From IMG/VR virus record IMGVR_UViG_3300025115_000004, positions 14,045 to 78,044 of that record: DNA of 64,000 bases. The stretch is one strand, 5' to 3'. Positions 36,376 through 46,657 of this stretch are shown here, one piece after another; the stretch's first letter is position 1, and the number at the start of each line of letters is the position of its first letter. This stretch comes from a virus. The position numbers and the translations under genes are program-made. Below the pieces are notes generated by a model that saw nothing but the letters and a program-made list of their open reading frames with translations, made no database searches and was not told the DNA's origin.

Positions 36376-38595
36376 ATGGCTCAGTACGATATTATATTGA
36401 TTCAGAATGTTGCCGGTTCCGGGATAGAGTTCACGGATAGGATCGTTAATCTTGCTAAAGGTTCTTTAATATCCGCGAATGGTTCACAGGTACCTACGGT
36501 GCTTGCTGCCGGGACTAATGGTTATGTTCTTACATTAGACAGTGCAGAGACTACAGGATTAAAGTGGGCTCCTGCAGGTGCTTCAGACACTTTTAAGACT
36601 TTGACTTTTCCTGCGGATTCCGGGTATACTTGGGGATCTTCTAATGTAGTGGCTTCCGGAACTGATACTCTTGATTTTGTGGCTGGTTATGGTATAGCCA
36701 TAGATTCAGATTCTACCAATAAGGCTATTAGGATCAGAGCTACAGGATCTGGAGGGTTGTCTAATGCCTACGGTACCATGACAGATGGTACTAATAATGC
36801 CACTGCTTCCGGGGCTGACACTTTCAAATTCAGATCCACGGATAATAAGTTATCGGTTCTAGTTACTAACAATGACGGTACTCACGGGGACAACTTGTTG
36901 CTTACAATTAATCAGGGTAATATTGATCATAACTCTCTCAGTAATTACGCGGCTAATAGACATTTTCTTCAAACAGATATAGCTAACATCTCCACTGCCT
37001 TATCAACCGGTCTGGTTAAGGTTACTACAGGTACAGGGGCTCTGTCGGTGGTGACAGACAACTCAGGTAACTGGGATACCGCCTATGGTTGGGGTAACCA
37101 TGCTTCTGCGGGTTATCTTACGGTATATCCCGGAACGGGTATTGCGGTATCCACTGGTTCTGCTTGGGGAACTTCATTGGCCATAAACAATAATACAGAC
37201 AATTATGTTGTCACTATGACTGGTACCGGTTTTAATGGTGAGGCTAATTTAATTTTTAATGGTACCCAACTTACTGTTACTGGTAATGTTAAGCTTTCCA
37301 CTATCGGCAACAGACTTGTATTTGGCGATGATGATTCATATTTCTATGAGAGCTCTGATGATCAGATAATGGTTTATCTTGCAGCTGCTGACAGATGGAG
37401 ATTCACGACCGGACAATTCAGGATGAATTCAAACGGAGGTCCTTCGCTTCAGGCAGAAAACTCTTCAGCGACAAACCCGGTATTCTGTCCTATAAATTCG
37501 GATGCTAATACTGGATTAGGTGGTGCAGCTTCTCAATTATCTTTAATAATATCGAGTACTGAGATGATGAGGGTTACTTCGTCTCTTATTACTATCAATA
37601 CAAGTGTTACAGGACCGGGAGGTGAATCAACCCTCAATAATTTTAAGAATATCACAGGAAGAACTTCGGATTCATTACTTCATGTAGCTGGGAATACATC
37701 CTTAACAGGTAATCTCCATTTGAATTATAACGGTGGTGCTGTTACTATGTTCTCTGGGACGGCAGGTAGTCTTCATGTTACTGGTTATCAAGAAATTATG
37801 GATACAAGGAGTGGAACTGCTATTTACGCCGGACTTCAGGCAAGGGGTTATAATGGTAATGCTGCCGGAGGCTTTATTGGATTAAGAGCCACACAACATA
37901 ATGGTGAACTTGGGGTTTATGCAGGAGCAGCAATCGCAGTCCAAGCAGATGCTGGAGCTTCTGCACAACCTGATAATTATGCCTTTTATGCTCGAGCCTA
38001 TGGAGCATCTGGGACAGCAAACTATTATGGGCTATACGTTAATGTCAATACGGGAGGTTCCGGGAATGCCTATGCTATTTATGTTAATGCCGGAAAGGTT
38101 AGACTCGGACTATCATCTGGTACATCAGTAAGTTCCGTTGGGGTGGATTCTTCTGGCAACCTTATAACCTTTACAGCCGGAGGTAGTGATAGTATAACCC
38201 TAACCCCATCCCCCTCAACCGACCACTCAGCTACCGGTATAAAAGTATCACTTACCGCAGGAGAGACTCTTGTAATTGGTGATGTGGTGTATATGAAGTC
38301 TGATGGTAAGGTATGGAAAGCTGATGCTGATGCTACTGGTCTTTATCCGGCTATAGCTATTGCACTTGCTGGAGCTTCTGCTGATGCTTCTGTTGAAGTT
38401 CTCATGAAAGGTATAATGAGGGATGATACATGGAACTGGACAGTAGGAGGGGTTATTTATCTTAGTACTACAGCTGGTGCGTTAACTCAGACAGCTCCAA
38501 CAGGTTCAGGGCATGTTGTGCAGGTCATAGGAGTAGCTACCCATGCAGATAGGATGTTATTTGATCCTTCACTTGACTTAATAACTTTAGTGTGA
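36376..38595 (+). CDS. Fibre protein 2 with a C-terminal capsid-cement-like domain
   Basis: NWDTAYGWGNHA; C-terminal AGETL..GDVVY....G...KADA...G..IYLSTTAG.LT.TAP..SG..VQ.IG.A. Confidence 0.75.
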   Translation: MAQYDIILIQNVAGSGIEFTDRIVNLAKGSLISANGSQVPTVLAAGTNGYVLTLDSAETTGLKWAPAGASDTFKTLTFPADSGYTWGSSNVVASGTDTLDFVAGYGIAIDSDSTNKAIRIRATGSGGLSNAYGTMTDGTNNATASGADTFKFRSTDNKLSVLVTNNDGTHGDNLLLTINQGNIDHNSLSNYAANRHFLQTDIANISTALSTGLVKVTTGTGALSVVTDNSGNWDTAYGWGNHASAGYLTVYPGTGIAVSTGSAWGTSLAINNNTDNYVVTMTGTGFNGEANLIFNGTQLTVTGNVKLSTIGNRLVFGDDDSYFYESSDDQIMVYLAAADRWRFTTGQFRMNSNGGPSLQAENSSATNPVFCPINSDANTGLGGAASQLSLIISSTEMMRVTSSLITINTSVTGPGGESTLNNFKNITGRTSDSLLHVAGNTSLTGNLHLNYNGGAVTMFSGTAGSLHVTGYQEIMDTRSGTAIYAGLQARGYNGNAAGGFIGLRATQHNGELGVYAGAAIAVQADAGASAQPDNYAFYARAYGASGTANYYGLYVNVNTGGSGNAYAIYVNAGKVRLGLSSGTSVSSVGVDSSGNLITFTAGGSDSITLTPSPSTDHSATGIKVSLTAGETLVIGDVVYMKSDGKVWKADADATGLYPAIAIALAGASADASVEVLMKGIMRDDTWNWTVGGVIYLSTTAGALTQTAPTGSGHVVQVIGVATHADRMLFDPSLDLITLV

Positions 38596-38596
38596 T

Positions 38597-39010
38597 ATGG
38601 CATATTTAAGTAAATTAAACAGTGTAACACGAGCCGATATTGCTTCTCTTAATGAGATTAGTGATATTGATATTGATACTCTTAATGAAGTTACCTTTAC
38701 CGAACCAGTTCCTCCAACGGTATCCTGTGTGGTTGCTTCTGGTGCTGGGTTTACAATTAACGATCTTGGTGGATCAATTGATATTGATGACGATCAATTA
38801 AATTTCCAATTTGATGATATTAATGGATTTGCTGATCCTGACGCCGCTGATGAAGAAATGCCGATTGTAATTGAAGATGATGATTCTAATGTTGTATATT
38901 CTGGATCAATATGGACCAGAGATGGGCAAACTGAAAATGAAATAGTAACAATAAATAGAACCGCTGTGTCAGGAGATGTATTTACTGTAATATGTGGAGG
39001 AGGAGTATAA
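38597..39010 (+). CDS. Acidic small virion-associated protein
   Basis: SKLNSV..ADIASLNE short repeats then an Ig-like segment. Confidence 0.6.
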   Translation: MAYLSKLNSVTRADIASLNEISDIDIDTLNEVTFTEPVPPTVSCVVASGAGFTINDLGGSIDIDDDQLNFQFDDINGFADPDAADEEMPIVIEDDDSNVVYSGSIWTRDGQTENEIVTINRTAVSGDVFTVICGGGV

Positions 39011-39028
39011 ATCTTAAATAAATATATT

Positions 39029-39292
39029 ATGGAAATACTAAGGACAATTCTGGCAAAAGAAGATCATCCTCACAGGGTGAATTTCATTACATTTAACATA
39101 GACGAGAAAAAGGCCTATGTTATTATCGAACCGAGTTCTGAAAGTTCAAAGACTGTAGTTGTAGATGTTATGTCTTTGCTTAGCATGGCAACTACCACAC
39201 AGAAAAATACTATTAAAGGCTTTTTAAAGTCGGTGATAGGTGCTGCAATTGAAATAGATTCAGTAAATTTGCCTGATATATTTAATGAGTAA
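39029..39292 (+). CDS. Hypothetical protein (possible fibre chaperone)
   Basis: 87 aa, between fibre genes. Confidence 0.6.
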   Translation: MEILRTILAKEDHPHRVNFITFNIDEKKAYVIIEPSSESSKTVVVDVMSLLSMATTTQKNTIKGFLKSVIGAAIEIDSVNLPDIFNE

Positions 39293-39295
39293 GCC

Positions 39296-41536
39296 ATGCC
39301 TGATCTAATGTCAAAAGGAGGAGTAGTATTGGACACACCCCAGAACAGGGATGTGATACCTGTTTTCTCTGTTCCTACCAATGATTTAGATCTAGGTGAG
39401 GATAGACCTACCAGATACTATGAGGATTATTGGTTTCGTGAGCATATAAATGGGGTATTGTCCCCAACTAAGCCTCAGGATAAGGTAGCTATAGGAGCTC
39501 TTAACACTGTATATGATGAGCTCTTGTATGTTAACGGAAAGATCCATAGTACAGGTATAATACTTGGTCCTGCTGTCAGTATATATGTTGACAGTAATGG
39601 TAATCTGGTACTTAACGATTCTATATCTGGTCCTCAGAAACTATCGGATTTATTAGGATCTATTTCTTATCCTTCTGCGGGTATTGTAGTTTCTACAGGA
39701 TCAGCTTGGGGAACCTCTATAGTAGACAATTCAAGTAACTGGAATACTGCTTATGGTTGGGGCAATCATGCGGGGTTATATGAACCAGTCATCTCAAAAT
39801 CAACTGGTTATGCTAGGTGGAATGGATCAGCATGGTCATTCTTGAACGAGACCTACTCCCTATCTTCTCACAATCACTCAGGGGTTTACCAACCTAGCAA
39901 CTCTAATCTTAACTCTTTGGCTGGTTTATCCTATGTATCCACCTCATTTGTTAAGATGACGGGAGCTAATACCTTCGCATTGGATACTAACACATACTCT
40001 CTATCTACCCATAATCATAGTGGGGTGTACCAACCGGCTGCTACTAACCTGAGCTCTCTGGCAGGATTAAGTTATACGGCTCTTGCTTTTGTTAAGATGA
40101 GTGCGGCAGGTACCTTTACCTTAGATACCACAACCTACTTATCTTCTATCCCAGCTGATGTGGTTCGTACTGGTCAAGTAAATACTTACGGAGATTTTGC
40201 TCAGACATTTAAGGATAACATTATTAGGATAAATAATCCGGCCGATACTTTCTATTACACATTAACAGCCGGGGCTATTGCAGCTAACAGGGAATTAAAT
40301 TTACCGGTTATAACCGGCAGTGATACTATCGCAGTTTTAGGACTGGCGCAGACTTTTACAACAGCTCAGACGTTTAGGGCTGCTAACTCTGTTAGGGTTG
40401 AGGCGGCTACAACTCAAGATGCTATAGTTTTGGCTGGTAGGGCTGGAGGTTCGAGCAGTTATGCTGTTACTCTAATCCCCTCTACTTTAGGGGGTAACAG
40501 AACTATAACACTTCCTGATAACACTACTACCATGTGTGGTACTGATATCACTCAAACTCTTACCAACAAAACCATTAATGCTACTAATAATACGATTACT
40601 GACACCTCTCAGGCTGCTGGAGATCTCTTAAAGAATAACGGTACCAAGTTCGTTAGGATGGCTAGGGGCAGTGCTCTACAAGTGTTAAGAGTAAACTCTG
40701 GAGGTACGGATCTTGAATGGGCCGCAGCATCTTCGGGCACTACACCTGTCAGTTCTCCTATACTATTCTGGGATTCTGGAAATACTTATTATAATGCTTA
40801 TGCTTCTGGAGATAAAGCAGCCGGTAGATTCTATTATGGTACTACAGATCCTACCAATAGTACCAGATTGAATTATGATGGATTCATTTATGCCACAGGC
40901 TTTAGAGCTGGTGGGACTAGTAATACATATTCAGACCTTACTACGAATTTTATGCAAATAGTAGTAGGTGGAAATGCGCGTGTTTTGTTTGACCCAACTG
41001 TTGCTGATGGGGGGTCTGCTATAGCACACATTCTTAATACTTCAAATACACTTACTACCACAGCTAAGTTATTATCTGTTAGAAATAATGGTTTAGAGAG
41101 ATTCAGTGTTGATCAGGCTGGTAATATAAATATTCCAACAGGCGCAGAATATAGGATAAATGGGGTTCCTATTAGTGGTGGATCAGATACTAATAATATT
41201 ACTTTTGTGTTAGCCGCGGGTGTAGATGCGACTACAGGCACTAACAAGACCAATGTTATTACCATGCCTAGGGCCGGTACAATAACAAGGTGTACTATAT
41301 ATGCTAAAACTGGACCTACCGGAGCGGCTCTTATCTGCGATATAAATGTCAACGGAACAACAATATGGAGCACTCAGGGTAATAGGATTCAGATTGCAGC
41401 AGGTTCTCAATCAGGGGTTCAAACTTCTTTTAACACAACTTCTTTGGTTCAGGGTGATCTTATCACGATAGATATTGATCAAATAGGATCATCAGTAGCA
41501 GGAAAAGATATAACAGTAATTCTAACAATTTCATAA
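39296..41536 (+). CDS. Fibre protein 3
   Basis: N-terminus paralogous to fibre 1; two 47-aa HNHSGVYQP repeats; C-terminal GD.ITIDIDQIGS..AG.D.TV jelly-roll-type end. Confidence 0.8.
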   Translation: MPDLMSKGGVVLDTPQNRDVIPVFSVPTNDLDLGEDRPTRYYEDYWFREHINGVLSPTKPQDKVAIGALNTVYDELLYVNGKIHSTGIILGPAVSIYVDSNGNLVLNDSISGPQKLSDLLGSISYPSAGIVVSTGSAWGTSIVDNSSNWNTAYGWGNHAGLYEPVISKSTGYARWNGSAWSFLNETYSLSSHNHSGVYQPSNSNLNSLAGLSYVSTSFVKMTGANTFALDTNTYSLSTHNHSGVYQPAATNLSSLAGLSYTALAFVKMSAAGTFTLDTTTYLSSIPADVVRTGQVNTYGDFAQTFKDNIIRINNPADTFYYTLTAGAIAANRELNLPVITGSDTIAVLGLAQTFTTAQTFRAANSVRVEAATTQDAIVLAGRAGGSSSYAVTLIPSTLGGNRTITLPDNTTTMCGTDITQTLTNKTINATNNTITDTSQAAGDLLKNNGTKFVRMARGSALQVLRVNSGGTDLEWAAASSGTTPVSSPILFWDSGNTYYNAYASGDKAAGRFYYGTTDPTNSTRLNYDGFIYATGFRAGGTSNTYSDLTTNFMQIVVGGNARVLFDPTVADGGSAIAHILNTSNTLTTTAKLLSVRNNGLERFSVDQAGNINIPTGAEYRINGVPISGGSDTNNITFVLAAGVDATTGTNKTNVITMPRAGTITRCTIYAKTGPTGAALICDINVNGTTIWSTQGNRIQIAAGSQSGVQTSFNTTSLVQGDLITIDIDQIGSSVAGKDITVILTIS

Positions 41537-41537
41537 T

Positions 41538-43937
41538 ATGGCACAGTTAGCAGTATTAGAGAGAGTAAGCTCAAAGGGACGTACCTCTCATGCTCAGTAT
41601 GATAAAGACAAGTGGGGAACAGGATCTCTTATTAAGAGAGTAACAAATCTCGGAACTCCATTCATAGGTCCAATAATTAATGCTGTAGGCAGGCCTGTTG
41701 AAACTGTTGCGGCTATTCCCGGGATATACCCCCATGCGATTCCTTGGTGCGATAAGGACGAGAGATATTCTACAGGAACCGTAGGAGTGTCTAGTACTGC
41801 TGTAACTGGTGCAGGTGGTGCCGCATGGATAACAGCCGGTATAGCTATTGGTACAAGGATAGGATTCGGATCAACCGATGCCGATCAAATAACTACATGG
41901 TACAATATTGATAGTGTAAACTCTAATACTTCTATAACACTGTCATCCTCAGCCGGTACGATATCATCAGGAACTCCTTATGTAATAGAAAATTTTAAGC
42001 AGATAGACTGGATATTTCTTGTTGACAATGCTGCTGCTGCTGCAACACGAAGGGTCCAGTTGTATGAATTTGATCGCAATACCAGTCAGATGTCATGGAA
42101 AGGTTTTGTGACTATGACAATGAATGCCGGAGGAAACCAGACAGCAAGAGGATTAAGGGTTTTGTATCAAAAATATTCAACCGGAACCGTGGCTGTTGCT
42201 ACTGCTACTGTAACAGGTACAGGTACTCTTTGGCAGACAAATAAGATCTGTGCAGGGAATTCCCTTATGTCAAGCAGGATAGGATTCGGCTCTACTGATC
42301 CTTCTCAAATAAAGACATGGTACTACATCAATACCATTACGGCAGAAGGAACGATGACTATTTCCACTTCTGCTTTGACTAACGTAGCTGCCAATATAAC
42401 CATAAGTGCTGGAACTGCTTATGTTATTGAGGATCTGAAAATCTTAATGGTTACTACCTGTGCTACCGTAACCAACGGTGGTATCTTTATGGTAAAAGGT
42501 GCCAGTTATGCTCATTTTCTTCCTGCCGGAACAACCTATGCTTATGCTGCTACTACTGATAACATAGTTGAAGTAATCTGGTTAAAAGATGCTGCAACAC
42601 AAACAAATACGAATGCTTGTGGTATAGCTCTTGGACCTTTTACTGATATGAGCAATCAGTTTGTCTATGTGCTTGACGTTGCTACTGTCAAGATATTTAA
42701 GTATAATGTCAGAGCAGGGCTAACAATAGCTTCCGGTAACTCAGTGAGTGCTTTCGTTCTCGCGACAGGAAACCAAGCTGTTACAGGAACTATTGCTCAG
42801 AACAATAATGGAAGATTTTATACTGCCGGACATGGACCAGCATCTGGGCTACCAGCATTATATTTTGTAACCACCACGAGAATCTATGCTTGTCTTGACT
42901 CTGCAATACTCTCAGGGGCCACGAACTTCTTAACATATCAGATGACAGAAAACCCCCCGGGAGGAACAGTCACATTCCCTCTTACTGGACAAATGGCGTG
43001 TATCGAGACTTATGATGCAATAGACCGGTTAATAATAATATCAACCGGTGCTAACTGTGCTAGGTCTTATGTGACTAGTTTCCGCACCGATGGTGGACAA
43101 ATGGATCATATATTTCTTGTTGATGATAAACAGATAGATCAATCTACTGTTGATGCTAATACAACTCCGCATCCCTCAATCAGAGTCGTTACTCAATCTC
43201 CTTCGTGTGAAAAAGGAGTTCTGTACCTTGCAGGAGTAGGTACTGGGTGGGGAAGCAACATCATTAACACTGCATGTATAGGAGCTGATTGGACTTACTC
43301 GAATATAACAGGGGAGTATGCAACGTCTCCTAAACTTTCAACTCCGAATTGTGTTAAATTTATTACTCCATTTGCTATCAGAGACACTATAATAGGCGGC
43401 AATGATGTGCTTGGTAAGAGAGCTGATGCAATGAGGTTTTCTTATCGCACAACAGGTATTGATGATAATTCAGGATCGTGGACGGTTTTATCTGAGCCTT
43501 ATGACATGAGTGGCGTTGCTGGCGCAGAGGCAATACAATTCAAGATAGAGTTTAAGGGTATATCAGATTTCTGTGTTCCGGGAAGGCTCTATGGAATAGG
43601 TATCGTCTATGAGGATGCTTCTACAGATTCTCATTACAGATTCTCAGGTGGTTTGTCAAGTGCGGCAAATAAACGATTTGCCTTCCGCTTTGCTAATTCG
43701 TTTGGTAGTACAGTGCCAAGACTTCGAATCAGGTTATATAACGATGTAACCAATTCTTTATTGCTTGATGATGATTCGGTTACACAGGCAGCTACATGGG
43801 AAAAATCAACTAACGATGGGGGTTCATGGGGTGCATACGATACTACTGACAAAGCCAACGACACTACTTACATCAGGGTTACGTATGCAACCCTCGGAGA
43901 TAATATTAAGGTTCGCGCGGTACTAACACTTTATTAA
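41538..43937 (+). CDS. Large beta-rich virion/receptor-binding protein
   Basis: 799 aa; two YSTGTV...RIGFGSTD..QI.TWY...GT.YVIE repeats. Confidence 0.7.
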   Translation: MAQLAVLERVSSKGRTSHAQYDKDKWGTGSLIKRVTNLGTPFIGPIINAVGRPVETVAAIPGIYPHAIPWCDKDERYSTGTVGVSSTAVTGAGGAAWITAGIAIGTRIGFGSTDADQITTWYNIDSVNSNTSITLSSSAGTISSGTPYVIENFKQIDWIFLVDNAAAAATRRVQLYEFDRNTSQMSWKGFVTMTMNAGGNQTARGLRVLYQKYSTGTVAVATATVTGTGTLWQTNKICAGNSLMSSRIGFGSTDPSQIKTWYYINTITAEGTMTISTSALTNVAANITISAGTAYVIEDLKILMVTTCATVTNGGIFMVKGASYAHFLPAGTTYAYAATTDNIVEVIWLKDAATQTNTNACGIALGPFTDMSNQFVYVLDVATVKIFKYNVRAGLTIASGNSVSAFVLATGNQAVTGTIAQNNNGRFYTAGHGPASGLPALYFVTTTRIYACLDSAILSGATNFLTYQMTENPPGGTVTFPLTGQMACIETYDAIDRLIIISTGANCARSYVTSFRTDGGQMDHIFLVDDKQIDQSTVDANTTPHPSIRVVTQSPSCEKGVLYLAGVGTGWGSNIINTACIGADWTYSNITGEYATSPKLSTPNCVKFITPFAIRDTIIGGNDVLGKRADAMRFSYRTTGIDDNSGSWTVLSEPYDMSGVAGAEAIQFKIEFKGISDFCVPGRLYGIGIVYEDASTDSHYRFSGGLSSAANKRFAFRFANSFGSTVPRLRIRLYNDVTNSLLLDDDSVTQAATWEKSTNDGGSWGAYDTTDKANDTTYIRVTYATLGDNIKVRAVLTLY

Positions 43938-43940
43938 CAT

Positions 43941-44114
43941 ATGATAACAATTGAAAAAGGTCATAAGGTTCATACGACAGATATGATTGTCGTTACCGGT
44001 GGAGATTTTAATGAAGAAGATAATGTACTTGTAGTTAACGGAGAGGGAGTCGAGTCTTATCTTCAGGCTTATTACATTCAGAACGGTGTTGTATATGATC
44101 AAAGGAATGAATAA
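43941..44114 (+). CDS. 57-aa hypothetical protein (not in ORF track)
   Basis: MITIEKGHKVHTTDMIVV...YDQRNE*; fills the gap, TAATG-coupled to the next ORF. Confidence 0.6.
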   Translation: MITIEKGHKVHTTDMIVVTGGDFNEEDNVLVVNGEGVESYLQAYYIQNGVVYDQRNE

Positions 44115-44290
44115 TGGCCCTAACAGACATACTCATACCTGAAGCTGATCCACAGTGTGGCATAATGGAAATACCTTATGATCCAGAAGGAGTTCCTTTT
44201 GATGCTCTCAATGACAAGAGTGGGATCGAAGAGTTGGTATTGGCTCCGGGGCCGGGAGGAGGAGCAACAGATTATGCCTTCATAGGATAG
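44114..44290 (+). CDS. 58-aa acidic protein (not in ORF track)
   Basis: MALTDILIPE...GGGATDYAFIG*. Confidence 0.6.
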   Translation: MALTDILIPEADPQCGIMEIPYDPEGVPFDALNDKSGIEELVLAPGPGGGATDYAFIG

Positions 44291-44360
44291 ATTTCTCTTG
44301 GAAGATTCATTTTTTATATTTAAATTTGCATAAAATTATCAACTAAAAAATTAATGATGT

Positions 44361-44681
44361 ATGGCAAAGTTTAATTTCAAAGATCAGGAACTCAAGGATT
44401 TAGCTGGTGTTTCCTTCAGGAAGGTAGAAAAAACCGACAATGGTGAGGTTGAGACTCCGGTAACAGTAGCGGATGCTATTCAGGCTAATTTGTTAGCTGA
44501 AAATCAGGAGGCTACCTCCTCAGAGAGGTACCAGTGCTTTCAGCTTGCAGAGAGGTTGAAGAGAGCTGAAGGGGAAGTGGAATTCAGTGCTGAGGAAATA
44601 GTATTGATCAAGAAGATCACAGGGAGAAATCCTAATCCGCTCATTATAGGGCGTATATGGGATGCCCTCGAAGGTAAGTAA
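44361..44681 (+). CDS. Conserved phage protein, putative fibre assembly chaperone
   Basis: RYQ..QLAERL....E.SAEEIVLIK...IGRIWD.LE; promoter TAAATTTG at 44321. Confidence 0.6.
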   Translation: MAKFNFKDQELKDLAGVSFRKVEKTDNGEVETPVTVADAIQANLLAENQEATSSERYQCFQLAERLKRAEGEVEFSAEEIVLIKKITGRNPNPLIIGRIWDALEGK

Positions 44682-44704
44682 TATTTTTAATTAGGTGTGT
44701 GGTT

Positions 44705-45046
44705 ATGTCTGATGTTAAAAACGAATTTTGTCTCCCCAATAGTTCTGAGGATTGTTATCATCTTTTCGGTACTATACTGAAGAATCAGAAAGAGATGTTG
44801 GACAGTCAACGTATTCAGGGCGAGGATATAAAAATGATCCGTGAATCTTTGCTCGGCAATGAGTTTCATAAGGGGCATCTTGACGAATTTAAAGATCTAC
44901 AGGAAGAAGTAGACACCTTAAGAGAGGATACGGATAGGAGACTTAAGATCATCGAGACAGCTTATATTCGTGTTGGAGCCATTATAGCCGTAGCCGCATT
45001 CCTAATTATGAACCTACCTAAGATAATCACAGCCCTCAAGACTTAA
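44705..45046 (+). CDS. Coiled-coil protein with C-terminal TM (holin/antiholin-like)
   Basis: VGAIIAVAAFLIMNL TM segment. Confidence 0.55.
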   Translation: MSDVKNEFCLPNSSEDCYHLFGTILKNQKEMLDSQRIQGEDIKMIRESLLGNEFHKGHLDEFKDLQEEVDTLREDTDRRLKIIETAYIRVGAIIAVAAFLIMNLPKIITALKT

Positions 45047-45048
45047 TT

Positions 45049-45303
45049 ATGTCACAGGATATAAAGAATCTATTTTCAGAGAATCAGGGAAGGTTATCCT
45101 TTATGAGGGTGGCTTCCGGTCTTATGTGGATCGTATCTACGATCTATTTATTTATGAAGGTAGATATTAATCAGTTGACATGGCCGGGATTTGCTCTTAT
45201 TGCTTTACTTTATGGGTTAGCCTTCTTCCCTAAGGTTATCCAAAAGAAGTATGAGCAGTTTAATTTACATACGCGTAAGGATTCACAGGAACCTGTAGGC
45301 TAA
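45049..45303 (+). CDS. Putative holin
   Basis: 84 aa, two TMs; GRLS.MR and KVIQK motifs. Confidence 0.65.
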   Translation: MSQDIKNLFSENQGRLSFMRVASGLMWIVSTIYLFMKVDINQLTWPGFALIALLYGLAFFPKVIQKKYEQFNLHTRKDSQEPVG

Positions 45304-45325
45304 CCATTTAATTTCCTTTTCTTTT

Positions 45326-46657
45326 ATGACGACCGACTACCAACTTGGTTTGTTGTGTTATCTCGTCCAATCTCCGGAAGGATCTACCTACATTGATCAT
45401 ATAGAGGATGATCTATTCGATTTGGTTGAGTATCAACTTACTTTACAAGTACTCAAGAAATATCATAAGAAATACAATACATTACCCGGTAGAGTTGCCG
45501 GTTTACAGTTTTTAGAAGAACAGATATCTTTAACCAAAGGGTTAAACGCAAATATAGCCAATGATCTTCGGGAGGTTATGGAGGATATATTTGTTCCTTT
45601 GTCAAAGTCAGATAGTGTCAAACTTAAGGATACCATTATTGTTGAGGTTCAGTCTAAGAATCTCGACAAGTTATTTATGGACTTCGCAGCTGGTTCCCTA
45701 ACCACTGATCAGGTCTTCAGTAAGATGAACAAGATATCGTCTTTTGTGGGACTGAATCATGATGATCATAAGAATGCTGGTTTCTTGGTAGAAGATAGAG
45801 GAAAGCATTACGATGAACAAGTGGAAGGGAATCCAACATTCCTTCATGATCTGAATAAGTTAACAGCTGCCAGAGGTTTCTACTCTCCGCAGCTGATCGT
45901 TTTTATGTCTGGTCCAAAGCACTTCAAGACCGGTTTGATTATTAATATCGCGGTGGAATATGCCCGGGATGGGTACAATGTTTACTACGCTGACGGAGAG
46001 AACGGTGCTCGGAGTATTCGGAATAGGGTGAAACAGAAGATCATGGACTGTACCTTAGAGGATCTATTTGATAGTTCTATTTATGAGGAACTAGATGATA
46101 CACTCTATCGATTTGGGAAGTATATGGGGGGTGATCTGTATATTGATGAATTCCCAGCGAACCAAAAGAGTATAAAAGATATCGAGGCTAGACTGGAATT
46201 TCTCAGAGAGGAGTATGGGTGGGTGCCTGATATTATTGTCTACGACTCTATAGATCACTTCATCCCGTCAAAAATAGAAGATCAGAAGAGGGATGTTAGG
46301 ATAAAGATTCAGTTGGTTTATCATGAAGCTATATCCTTGAACAAGAGATGGGAAACATTTGCAATAGTACCATCACAGGTTAACAGAGAGGCTATTCTCA
46401 GAAAGAAGACATTTGATATCACTGATCTATCAGAGGATTTCGGTAAAGCTATGAATGCTCACGCTATTTTTGCTATATGCGCTACACCTGAGGAGGAGGA
46501 GAAAGGAGTTCGAAGGATAGTTCCTATCGCCCAGAGAGAAGGGGTAGCTTATAGAGGTAAATCTTCCAATATGTGTATTATTCAGATAAAGGAGGATACT
46601 ATGCAGGTTTATGAGGTGGACAAGGATAAATATCTGGAAGGGTTGGTAGATGATTAA
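45326..46657 (+). CDS. Replicative DnaB/gp41-like helicase
   Basis: P-loop SGPKHFKT, ADGE, DIIVYDSID, SQVNRE, DLSED. Confidence 0.85.
   Translation: MTTDYQLGLLCYLVQSPEGSTYIDHIEDDLFDLVEYQLTLQVLKKYHKKYNTLPGRVAGLQFLEEQISLTKGLNANIANDLREVMEDIFVPLSKSDSVKLKDTIIVEVQSKNLDKLFMDFAAGSLTTDQVFSKMNKISSFVGLNHDDHKNAGFLVEDRGKHYDEQVEGNPTFLHDLNKLTAARGFYSPQLIVFMSGPKHFKTGLIINIAVEYARDGYNVYYADGENGARSIRNRVKQKIMDCTLEDLFDSSIYEELDDTLYRFGKYMGGDLYIDEFPANQKSIKDIEARLEFLREEYGWVPDIIVYDSIDHFIPSKIEDQKRDVRIKIQLVYHEAISLNKRWETFAIVPSQVNREAILRKKTFDITDLSEDFGKAMNAHAIFAICATPEEEEKGVRRIVPIAQREGVAYRGKSSNMCIIQIKEDTMQVYEVDKDKYLEGLVDD

Noticed and set aside
34978-43937. Diversity-generating retroelement or invertible fibre shufflon
   Set aside because: No reverse transcriptase, invertase, adenine-specific TR/VR pair or inverted cassettes seen in the window
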